Shown piece by piece: positions 26,101 through 37,845 of a DNA stretch of 62,000 nucleotides. Below the pieces are notes generated by a model, which saw only the letters and a list, made by a program, of their open reading frames with translations, did not search any database and was not told the DNA's origin. Position 1 is the first letter of the stretch, and every line of letters starts with the position of its first letter. The position numbers were made by a program, and so were the translations under genes. This DNA comes from Acanthaster planci (Eukaryota): contig NW_019091403.1 in NCBI RefSeq assembly GCF_001949145.1, positions 1,178,001-1,240,000 on the forward strand, given 5' to 3'.

Positions 26101-26566
26101 CCAACAATAGGCCTAGATCTGAAATTTCACTGTTTATGCACTGAGCAGCTCCCACACCATGCACACCTAGCTCTTTGAGTGGAGTGTTAGTATTCCTCTT
26201 TTTTAATTTTGAACTGTTACCGATTCCCACACTAATGCTCCACTCAGTACAGCTATCCCACACTTAGGCTACACTTCAAGAACCAGTTTCGTTCCAATGC
26301 ATTAACTGCCGGCGCGGCCTGCGCCCAGCGTGTGGCCAACCCCGCCGCGCCGGCCGGCCGACCTCGCTAAGTAAATTGTAGGTCTGGCCGAACAAGCAAC
26401 AGATATTGATTATACATTTCCTATTGGACTGAAAAACTATTCTAATGCTTGGGTAGCAAATAATTTATAATTGCAAACAAACCTGAGCACATGCTTTGGC
26501 CTGGTGGAAGCTCGAATCGGGCAACAAACCCACCACTCGAAGTTGCAGTTGCTTGGAAGTCGCCAT
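23153..26566 (-). CDS. PPIL6: Cyclophilin-like protein PPIL6, 8 coding exons
   Basis: Exons (-): 26483-26566 (MATSKQLQLRVVGLL...AKACAQ), 25023-25185 (LLEFEWELYL...RGETWAF), 24761-24882, 24502-24564 (HTFVYLDISI...RLLFE), 24246-24399 (CPRTCENFKALCTGEKG...HRIVPNGWLQGG), 24048-24104 (GKGDGGESIYG), 23624-23759 (DENYSVKH..RGMLGMANQGRHTNGSQFYVT...YVAFG), 23153-23264 (KLIEGTELL...NERPKKECKIVDCG). The N-terminal extension and the NGWxQGG variant fit PPIL6 specifically. Confidence 0.93.
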
Positions 26567-26654
26567 TTTGACGTTAGACTGATGTACGTCTCGGAGACTA
26601 TATTGTGAAACACGTATTATACAAGTACGAGGCGGCGACCCGATCATGAAGTTG

Positions 26655-26668
26655 GTTGCTATGTACGC
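26655..26668. promoter_or_regulatory. RFX X-box-like half-site upstream of PPIL6
   Basis: GTTGCTATG about 90 bp upstream of the PPIL6 ATG matches the strong half of GTTGCCATGGCAAC; the second half is poor. Confidence 0.35.
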
Positions 26669-28011
26669 ACAATTAAAGGGAACTTCCTTACACAGTGCCA
26701 ACATGAAAACAATTAAAGGGCTAGCGGCTCGATTCTGCAAGTCTTTTTCACCTGTTAAGTAGATATGGTAAATTCGTTTCGTGTGAAATCTATAAAAATG
26801 GGCATACTTCTTTGAACATGCATTTCTTTTAGCACTATTCTTTAGTCTTTTCTTTCTGTCCTTTTTATGGAGATTTATTTTAAGCGCATTTTCATATAGG
26901 AAGGAATATTTCAATTCAGTCTTATGAACATACAGCCCTTTTGTAATCATCCAATAAATATTGGGTTATCAACCCTTACCTTAAAATCGGCTTTACTGTT
27001 TGAGAAACACTGACAATGTGAATTCAAATAACACTTCTTGTATTCCCCTTCCGAAATGACACACAAAAATAAACAAGCATAAATTAATTAAAGATGTCAT
27101 CAGTCCTACTGTCAAGGAATTAGAGACTAGTCTTTATAATGCATCGTCTGCCCAGGACAGGCACTATTTTTCACAACTTTTGAAGTTTCATGGGCACAAA
27201 AACAATATTGTAGGCCTACAAGACATTCATTAGTTCAATATTTTACTGAATTTATTTAATTCGAAAAATGAGCGCATTCTTTAACAGCCTGATTTTGAAA
27301 ATGAAGAAAAAAATGAAATATTAAATTGATTTCAATCCCATTCCCAAAATGTATGGAGAAATGAAATGTAACTTGTACTGCAAAGTCAGCAATTAAACCA
27401 CGCTATCACTTCATTTTAAAGAGACGAGGCCGAGGAAAAACATTTCATTTTTTCACATTCCAAAGAAAGCTTTACATTCATCACTGACCAGTTATAAAGG
27501 CCTTCCTTTTCTTGTTCATCAACATAAGACTTACGTCATTATGTCTTGTAACAATGAAATACTTAAAACCGAGAAATTCAAACATTTTCAATGCCAATCA
27601 TTTCATAGATCTTGTGTTTATTTCCTGAAGCTACAAAATGTTTTCCAGTAAAGCTGTGCCTAAGCACAGTTAATTTATGTTAAGCATACATGTCCTTCCC
27701 AGGCTTGATAAGCTTGAACCTGTTTGTGAACAGAAAAGTCTTTTGTCTTGTCAATATTGCGGGTACAGTCTGTTCTGAGATTAGCACACCTTTTGTTATG
27801 CTTGCTGTTTTAGGTATTCTTGCCATTATAAGGGCTCTGTTAGCAAAATGCTGTTTATAAGCAGCATCCTCTTCAAGAATACATGAGTTTTTAAAGTAAT
27901 TAAAACTCCTGAGTCAACAAAAATGTTCAAGTTGAAAGTTGAGAGGCTATGACCGTGTCACAATGGAGTGAAGATCTAGACCTAGCTCTAGACAACAGAT
28001 TTCGATAAAGC

Positions 28012-31000
28012 CTATGTTTCAGCAGCAGTACTTGTGCTTTTCTTTGTCAGTGCGATCTCTTTCACATCAGACAGGAGATGTTCTAGCTGTGTTGCGATTT
28101 CTGAGACAGCCTCATCCTCTTTGTTGCTGTCAGCTGTGGGACTCTTACCCCCTTCCTGCTGGTCTCGGTCTCTGCTCAGACCCAGGTGTTTCTGAACCAG
28201 GCCTTGGTATCGCAGCAGCAGTGAGTAGTTGGTGGATGTCAGATGAGTGTTCAGGAACGAGATGAGTTGAGGAACGAGCCTGAAAAAGATAACACAAATA
28301 TGTATGATATTTCCCAGAAGCCTATGTGCACTGATAAAGCAAGCACTAAACGTGTGAAGTCTGGAACAGTATATCAATTAATATTTCATCAACTGACAAT
28401 CAAGCTCTACTTTGACAGCCCCCCCCCATATTAGGTAGATTCACTGCCTAGAATGTAAACTAGTCTGGACAATACTCACTTGCCCGGTGCATGTAGCATA
28501 CACTGTGTACTATTCTGGAATGCAAGTACGACGGCTAGGTGTAATGCCATGGCTGGGTCTGTTTCATTCTGAAGTTGTTCCCGCAAGGCTTGGCGATGGT
28601 TGAAAACTAGCTGTCTGTTAGATTGATAAAAATGGAGGGGGGGGGAAATACCATGAAATTAATATCATAAAATAGCTACAGGGAAAGTTTTCAAAGTAGT
28701 TTAATAAGAATCACCTTTCTTTCTTCTTGTCCAGTTTCTTGAGCATGATGTCACATTTATTGGATTCACATGCCCGCTCTAAAGTTGAAAGGAATTCCCC
28801 AAGGTCCTGCAAGACACCACACAAATAAAACACTTCCTTCAGGGCTCGTTAGCTTGTAACAGGCTATAATAATTCAGCAGGGTCTGTTGTTTGAAATGCA
28901 GTATACTTTCAATGTTTAAGCTTAAAGTTTGTTCACAAACTGCCTGAAAATATTACCCTATGTGCTCTGGGGACTACAGAAAATGTTGCCTGTTTCATAA
29001 ATAAGACATGGATGTGTTATTTTCTTTAAGCTGTTTTGCTTGTAAGTCAAATGTGGTTGGCTGTCTTCTTTGTACATACCTTGCCATTCAAACTGTTGTG
29101 CAGCTTAGTGAGCGGTTGTCGTAATTCATCTTTCAGTTTCACCAGTATCCCGGCCCGAGTCTAAAAATCAACAGCAGATTTTTAATAAAACAACAAGTTG
29201 GTTAAATTAAAGTATATGTACGTGCAAAAAAAAAATTGATTCTGATGTAAACAGTTCCCATCTGGTACGGATTATGTGTAAAACTGTGTATTTGTATACA
29301 ATGGAAAACATGAAAAATTCCACACTCTGTCAGTTCAGATTTGGATGATGCATTATACTCACCTCAGCATTGAGAGTTGTCGGGTTGACTTCTGACATTA
29401 AATTCTCGCTTGTTACAGCACTGAGAAGCAGATTGGTGATGTCCGTGCACAGTGTTCTTATTAAGTATTTGGACAACTGGTTCTCTAAATCTTCATCTGT
29501 GAAGAAACCACAAACAATTTATAAAAATCATCCATGTCTGATGTATGAAAGATTATATAAAAGTAAATTCTCAGCCTTAAATAGCTTCCCAACTTTGTAA
29601 ATTGGAGGGTCTGTTGTCATTTCTTTGTTCGGTGCTAACGAGGAGAGGGAATAAAATGACAAAAATAAGATATTCTAATTTCAAAAAGGCCATCCATTGA
29701 TGGACAAGTTGACAATTAAGGCTCATTGAAACAAACCACTAAATTTAAGACAGGAAAAACTTTGGATTTGAGAAGCGAATTTGAGTCACTATTGAGCATG
29801 AAATAACATTTACAATGACAATCTATTTGATTGATATCTTCCCTCCCTACATACATTGCACAGCAAGTAATTTCACGGCAAATTGCAGAGTTGGCTAATT
29901 GGTATATTTAATCATTGTACATTTGTGTTAGCATTCCATTTCCCATAGTTCTAGCATTATTAAAGACTTTTGGTAGCATCTGCATTCTTTCAAATCAATA
30001 AACTAATGTTTCATGCATAAAGTTGTTTTATAAATACTGAAAGAAAAGACAAAAACATACATGCCCAGGTAACTTCATGTAAGACAGCTTGACAATGCAA
30101 AACAGAAGCATGCATGTGGTTCAAAGAATGTTCACAATCTAAAGAAATCTAAAACAAAATGAATCTTTGATGGTTTGGTGAAACAAAAAACAAGAAGTTA
30201 CATGCTTTCATGTAGCATTTAAATGGAAAATGTGCCACTTTTGTTAAGTTTTTAAACACGCTTACCAGCTGCATAAGCAACAGAAACTTGAAAAGCATAA
30301 ACAGAACTTTGGCGAACTAAAAAACAAGAAGCAAGCGATACACCAACTCACCCCTACCTAGAAACTGTCTGACTCCTTTCTCAAACAGTCTGACGTTGTT
30401 GACAAGTCCGTTGATCTTGTCTTGTACCTCACCTCGGTTCTTGCGTCGCTTGGAGCTGTCTGAAGAACCAGCTGCTGAGAGAAAGACAGACTTGGCAACA
30501 TCCTGGTAGGCCCTGTGAAGAGGTCTGAGGAAGCAAAGTAAAATTTGGAACTCAGGGTGAAAATATTGGAAGTGACAAACGAACAAAGTTACTCTTCTTT
30601 CTTACTAACTTGAGATCAAGGCTTTAGGAAGTACCAGAAACTTCACTGAAACAAATGAGAATGACAACTGTGAAATGACTTTTGAGTTAGTTTGCAACAA
30701 AATTTCTTACATGAACATCCATGAAATGAACAGCGATACTATTGAAAATGTTTACCAAATCTGTGATAATTAACTGATAGCTCGTCTGAATTTTGTTTCT
30801 GAAAGGAATAATTACTCTACTAGATATCTCATGGTACCTGTAAAGGTCTTCAGCCAACTCTGAGTGAAGTTCCTCTGGGCAATCAGTAAATGACTTACTA
30901 AGGACTTCCTCAATCTCCTCAATGGACATGAATGGAAGCTCATCTGACTGGTACCCACGGGACGCTGGTGGCCAAAAACACAGAAATGAATCATTGCAAA

Positions 31001-34000
31001 CAAGAATGTGGGAATCAAAACATATTACCATAAAGAACAGTTTGGTTGAGAGTTCTCCAATAGTTGCAATAGCAAGATTGGCTTCAATTTCAACTTCTTC
31101 ACTCAGCATGAACAGGTCACCAGTTAAAATATTGTGTGACATAAGTGCTGCCTTTAATGCTTCCCTGCTGTTATTTGATTTATTACATCATTCCCCTGAG
31201 TCTATCCTGTTTAACAGTTAAAATTGGATTTGTCAAGTACCAAATTAAACAACCTCCAAAAGATTTTGAATGATAGCCTTAACTTGGACTAGCCAATTAA
31301 GTGTGTGTCAACCTGAGATCTGGATGAACCAATTAAAAGCTTGTCTTACCTGAGATGTCTTCCTCTTCTTTTTCATCAATGTCCCTCCCTCGTCCCTTCT
31401 TCACTTTCTTGGTCTTAATTTCTCTCGAGATGCCTTGTCCACCTCCTTTATTGCCACTGCTTCCTCCTCCAGCTGTAATTATAGCACAAACAGCCTATCA
31501 ATCATTGTGGCAATCTCGGCTGAGGCCGCAGACAGCTCTAAATCAACAAACTATGCCTAACCATGTTCAAAAGGTTGGTCTGTTGGTTCTTAATAGAACA
31601 GCCTCATTAATTTGCAACTTAAAAAAGATCCTTCCAAAGTTGGACAAAAACCTTTGATGTTTCGAAGAGATTACCTGGAACAAAGCAAGAAAAACAATCT
31701 CCAGTCATTATGTGAAAGCAGGAGTCTCAAATTATTGTAAGAAAAAAGTCATGAATAAAACATGAGATGAGGAGAAGACTCCGCCTACTTGCTGCTTTGT
31801 TTCTTCTCTCCTCTTTCTTGTCTTTTTTGCCTTCAGTTCCTCTGGTGACAGCTGCAACAGCTTTCTTGTCAACTTGTAACAACAACTGTGGAGCACTTTT
31901 AGCATCCTGTGAGAAATAAGGTGCCAAGTTGAACCATTAAATGTGTTTTCATATGCGAGCTTGCAAGACAAGTTTACACTATTTGGCTTGGTAGCTGAGA
32001 AAAAATGAAATTTGCGATTTGTCGGTTCCCAATATATTTTTGACACATTCACTCCTTAAATCTCACCTTCTCGGCTTTTTCAGACATGAGCTCATCAAAC
32101 AAGCCCCGACATTCTGACAGAAACTTCTCACTACAGACAATCGTCTTACACAGAATCCTTGCTCCTGATTTCCCCCTTCCCGTCATGCATTGCTGCAGTA
32201 GCTGGTGGATATCATCCATGGTAAAGGAAGATGGAAGCAAAGGCTGATGGGAAAAAGACACACAGCTCAACAAAAATTATCATTTACTTCATTACACCAA
32301 TAACAAGTTAAATACTTAATATCATAATTCAAAGCATCTGTCCAAGGCTAGTTCACCATAAACTTTTAAGTCCCCAGATGTTCTTGAAATGGCTTCTATA
32401 AGAAACATACAATTTTTTTTGTCTGCAGGTAATGAAAAGCTTGATTGGTTGAGAGAATTGTGAAATATTCTGCCCTGTCCCGACAAAGACAAGGTTAGAG
32501 CATTTTCCAAATGGAGGCTGGAGCTAATTCAATGATGGTTCACTGAGGGAATAAACATGTGCTGGACCGGTCTTAAAGGTGTGTCTAAGACTGGCTCAGG
32601 AGAATGGACTAATGCCGGAGTTGCAGCTGAGGGCATAATCAGAGTTCAGTCTCTTGAGCCAGTCTTAGATGTTAGTTTAAGACCAACCAAGCACATTTTA
32701 TTCCCTTTCATGAATAACCTTTTTAGTCAGAGAGTCAAGAGAAGTCAATATATGACGGATTTCCAATGATTTTGTTGTAAAATTTTACTTCCATTATTCT
32801 GATCATTCCCATCCATTTTTTTAATAGTTGTCTAAAAGAATCTCCTTATACGGACTTGGCACAAGCGTGACAAGCCACGTGCACACAGACTGTTGACCAA
32901 TTACAATCAATTAACCTGTCTGGTATCCAGGTGCTAGTGCATTATTTACGCAGCGGGCATTATCACTTCTCAGCGGGCATTATCAAATGTTAGTACAAGG
33001 TCAATTCGCATGATGTTGAATAGGGAGACTGTCTGAGGTATTTATGAATGACTGTTTAATGACTGCTGTAATGTTGCAAAAGCTAAGAATGTAATTGATC
33101 AATAAAATTCAAACATTGTGCAGCAAAGCAACGTTTCATAAAGTGGCACGTGAGAATATTACACAGCTACAGCTTAAATCTGTGGTACAACGCTTCCATA
33201 CGGTGCCAATTTACACCAAGTTTGGTGAAATTGACCGCTGGCCCCTTACCACAATGTCAATCCACGTTCCTGTAGACAAAGCCTCATCAATGCTGGCGTC
33301 CACCCTGTCACGAAGCTGACTCCCCACACAGCATGATGACAAGAACAAAAGACTCTCCGATTTAAAGCGTCTCTTGATGTAAAGTTTGGCGTCTGTGATG
33401 CCAAGTCTAGCAAGAGCATCGTATTCTACAAATAAAGGTCAGATTGTTAGCCGGAGTCATTTAAAGGGTCCGTATATTGTCTCCAAAGATCTAAATCCTT
33501 ATCTTTTTTTATCAATATGCCACAAATATTTTTTAAAAAAATGTGGAATAAAGTTACTAAATTTTGCTTAAACTTGTCACAAAGTGCATGTTGCATTCTG
33601 TAAAGTTAATAAAAACTTGATGCAATAAATACAATGTTAAAAACCTCTCTGGAACACTGCAGAATGCAAGAGGGCGCTCTTCGGTCTACATACATCAATG
33701 CAGCAAGCCAAATTGGTGTTTCAAAAAGAGATAGCTTTAAGTGTGAGCATGTTAAGTGCATGCCGGTTGGCATACGGCTCCACTGATTAGACCAACCTCG
33801 CAACAACATATTGCTGTTATTGAATGATCTCCAATGTGCTTCATTTTTAGCTCAGTGGCACCTTTCTGCCGTGCGACTCACCAAGGTATCCGTTCTGTGC
33901 ATGGAATGAATCCACCCAAGCATTCTGTGTCTTGGCATAGAGGTCAGGAACGTACACAGCTTTGTCTTGGCGACCTCCCACAATGGACCCATTCAGACGT

Positions 34001-37000
34001 CCCTTGTCCACTAAATCTTGAAGGCAACCTGAATGAATTCCAGAGGATGACTTAGTTCCCATAGGTATTCACAAATGACAGACAAAATGTTGCTTGCACA
34101 CTCTCTCCATGGCACAATTGAGGTCCTAAATAAACTCTTCTCAATCAATGGTTGGTGATATACTCTCTCTGCTGTCACTGGCATTTTCACCTGAACAACG
34201 CATTTCCATCCAATAATGACTTACCAAAAAATAGCTTCTCCGGAAACTTGAATTGGTTGAGAATGGTGATGACTGGTGTTGGTCTGCACAACAATGTGAA
34301 CCAGAAAGATTAAATCCCTGAATACGACAAACCTGCTAATCACTCTAATCTGATGATCTGCATCAGACTAACCCCAGAAATTAGCCCACTATGACAAGTG
34401 TGGTTTTATGAGCATTTGAGGGTACTTACATGTAAACTTTAAAATATTCTTGCGTATGTCGAAGATCTTCAAGTCTAACAACACTGTATAAGTCATCACG
34501 CTTTCAATATTACAAACAGCAAAGATGTGTACGAAGCTGACAAAAAATGTTTAACTGGAAGGAATGTGACCATTAATACCTTGTGACAGCACTGAAAGCA
34601 CCCCGTATCTGTGCTGTATGCCTCTCAATGAATGCTTTCGTGAAGATGACTCCAGGATCGTAGATATCCATCTGTCCTTGTATTACAGTGCCTAGACGAG
34701 CTTCAATCATCTACAAGGTTAGAGTCAGAATTGGTTGGAACCGAAAGGCTTATCTATAGCTCATAGTTCCCTGGTTCCCTGCTCATGACTTGGGGGCCCT
34801 GCATGCAAGTGGTATAAGTAATGTTTCTCTTTTCTTTGGCTTGTCTTCAACAGCCGACTTTATGAGTCTAATTATCATCAGTGAACATGCTATGAATTAG
34901 TATCAAATGCCATCATCATACTGTACAGTACAGGACCCCTACAGCAAAAGGCTGGTTCTGAACAGTGCATGACCATACCACTGTTGACCTAGAGATGCTT
35001 TCAAAGTAACAGTTGAACCACTGGGAACAAGTTTCTGGTCAAATAAATGTGACAGGAGGAGAAATCTACAGGGTGTACAAAATTTGAGACAAACTTGTAA
35101 GACACTCAACTACTTTGTTATGATCACAGCAACAACTAAACCAAAACAGATCAGAAACAACATCTTGCCCTCAAAAACAAAACAAAACCCAAAGCTTCTT
35201 GCCTCTGAAAGGAAGCTTGCAGGTAGGTCATGTGACTTAGTCAACTCAGCAACGGTCACCTGACCAGCTTCTTGTAGCTGGTCATTGATGTCCTCTGACA
35301 GTTGGTCCGTGTAGTCTCTAGAGGGGCGGGGAATAAATGATGGGAGGAGTGAATAATAGGACAAGATAATGGGAATTGTCACAACATCTGTTGAGTAATT
35401 ACTAAATTCCTAGAAGGCGACTCATATGACCTAAGGGAAGTTTTGATGCCAGAATTCTCCGTATTCAAGGAAAAATCCTGCTCAAAGCATTCTTAGACAA
35501 AGTCAATCAGCACGCCAATTCTTTTTGGTAGAAACTACTTGATAGATGTCATAACTGTGGTGTTACTGTATCTCACACATAAATTCTTATAACTGAAATG
35601 CACGTTTGCAAATCACAGCACTGTATTGGTCACAGAGCTGCATGCAGTGCGTAGTCCCTGTCCACGAGCATTGTACAACTGCAGTAATGGGTTCTGATTA
35701 TGGTTGCCGAATGAAACAGAAACAGCAATAACAGAAACATTAAGATACCTTGTAACCAGCTGGCCAAGTACCATGTGCAGTGATCGATCATGCTTAACGA
35801 GCTCGTTAGCTTTGGCTTCAATGTGAGAGAAGTCAACACCAAGAATCTGCAATAAGATGGTTGTACATTGACCACAAAATATCAACATTGACCACAAAAT
35901 ATCAACACTGACTACACATTACACTCTGATTTGAATTGAACACAAAATTTACTGAGTGGATGATCATTCCCATGATGCAAGTCTTGAGTTGGAGACTTCA
36001 TTATCCAACTGTAAAGGCAAAAAATGAAATTACAGAATATTACCTGTTGTAAATCCACCAGGTTGATCCGTCCTGTGTAGAAATAAAACAAATGTCATCA
36101 GAAGAAATATTCCTTGAATAACAGTAATATAACAGAAAGGAGACAATTTATAAAAGTTGACCTATTCCGTCCACCAGAGTTGGGCAAGTGAATTTTAATA
36201 CATGAAGGATATTGCCACCTAATGCGCTAGATAGATTTAGGGAAACTGACAGTTTCAAAAGACAAAATTCTGCCAACAGCAGCAGAGTAGAACAGATGTA
36301 GGTTTGTTGAATTACCTCCATGGTATATCAATTCATCTAAGATTTCTTTGCTAAGTTGAGCAGGGGTAAGATACTCCTTTCCATCCAATGTGTAAATCAC
36401 CTCAATCAGTTTCAGCTCGATCAACTTATTGACGATCTCAATACAGTTTCGTTCAGATAACCTGTATAGAATTGAATACAACAGCATCAGTAAATACATG
36501 TATTATCAGAAATTATAGTGCAAATGAAGACGTGCACATGCTAAGTTTGGTTCTCTGCACTGTGAATAAAAAGACTTTCTCCTTTTCAGCATCAGTATCC
36601 CTCTGGCATGCCTGGCCTTTCGGGGGCAAATCTAGGAAATCTTCCAGGTGGTCATGGTGGGGCAATGGAAGGATCAAGCCTAAATAGTTGTGGACAGATA
36701 AACACATAGGTAATGCATTACATTGTTACTGATGCACTACCTCTATACCTGTCGTACCAGCAGGACATGTAGGATGTCATCTTTTGTATTGTTATTACTT
36801 TTGCTATTTTTATTCCATCTTTTTCTTTTAGTGTGTACCCCCGCGGAATCTGCACCTGTCTTTGTATACTCCCTTTGGCAGGGAGGTTTTTCTTTGAGGA
36901 AAATAAAGCCTGAATGTTATAGGAGCCCAATTTCACACGTGAAGTTTTTATGGTTGGTTGAGCATCTAGATGTCATGCATTATGCATGGTGTGAACCGTG

Positions 37001-37622
37001 GTTTGGCTTTGTTACACCCAAACTATAGCATAAGTCCCAACTATGGGACAGTCCCACCTGTAGTGCTGCAGTTGGGCTGGCCCAACTATTGTTGACCAAT
37101 GTCTGTGGGAAATGTCTCAACGTTATCCAAGTCAATGTGTCTCACACTTGACACAATTCATCTAAAATGTGGCACTTCATCTAGCCCTATCAGTATCACC
37201 GATGACATGACATTTGTAAACAACTTTGGCACATGCTGGGCACATCATGCACACAGGACCTGCTGTAGTTGGGCCGGCCCAACTGAAGCACTGTAGTGCA
37301 GTTTTGACGGGCCCAACTATAGTTGGGACTCATGCTATAGTTGGGGCGTAACAGCTTCATACGTGAGATTGCATATATCATGTTGTATACAGCTACCCTC
37401 ATCAACCGTCAACACTAGGACTGTGCATGCTGTGTGACATGGTCAAACACTGCTTTTTAATGGATACAGGTATCTTGTGATTTTTAAATTCGCGAAATCT
37501 GGTGGCATATTCCTGACTAGCAGCATCCAGCCATTATCTTACTTTTGTACAGAGCTAGTCAGCTGAACTCGTTGAAAATCTGCTGCGAGCCGCTTCACTT
37601 CTTCCCACTCCGAGCTCGCCAT
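28012..37622 (-). CDS. UFL1: E3 UFM1-protein ligase 1, 19 coding exons
   Basis: Exons (-): 37543-37622 ([21 protein letters not shown]), 36316-36461 ([14 protein letters not shown]...[10 protein letters not shown]), 36044-36072, 35749-35846, 35203-35317, 34580-34710, 34225-34283, 33882-34028 ([14 protein letters not shown]), 33250-33425, 32067-32243, 31789-31906 (KKDKKEERR), 31350-31472, 30838-30964, 30358-30524 (NNVRLFEKG), 29363-29496, 29080-29160, 28715-28806, 28480-28614 (MLHAPGK), 28012-28279. Colinear similarity to UFL1 throughout; one junction needs a GC donor. Confidence 0.96.
35865..35912. repeat. Short tandem repeat, ~20 bp unit (acattgaccacaaaatatca), ~2.5 copies
   Basis: Directly visible in a UFL1 intron. 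Confidence 0.75.
37010..37353. mobile_element. Foldback/MITE-like element built from CCCAACTA / TAGTTGGG motifs in UFL1 intron 1
   Basis: The left arm tgttacacccaaactatagcataagtcccaactat matches the reverse complement of the right arm (tgttacgccccaactatagcatgagtcccaactat). The inner segment cagttgggctggcccaacta is also inverted. Related fragments at ~15590-15660 and ~17120-17200. Confidence 0.65.
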
Positions 37623-37845
37623 GTTTACTGCATCATCACTGGTTCCCTGTTTCCTTTACCACAACGTTTGATTCAGGTTGCAGAATGAAGGGTACCAGCT
37701 GTTCAAGCGAACGTGTCCCAAAAGTTTCACCTTTGAACCGTCAATCAATTAAGAGTATACGACTGTTGTATGCAGTACGGGCACAGAGGTAAAATTGGGA
37801 CATAAAACAGCTTCCACTTTGCTTCAGTTGCTACAAACATTCAAA
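37623..37845. promoter_or_regulatory. Compact bidirectional promoter for UFL1 (-) and the unknown gene (+)
   Basis: Only 223 bp separate the divergent ATGs. X-box-like GTTGCTACAAAC at 37827-37838; YY1/Kozak-like CAAAATGGCAGCC over the + strand ATG. Confidence 0.65.
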
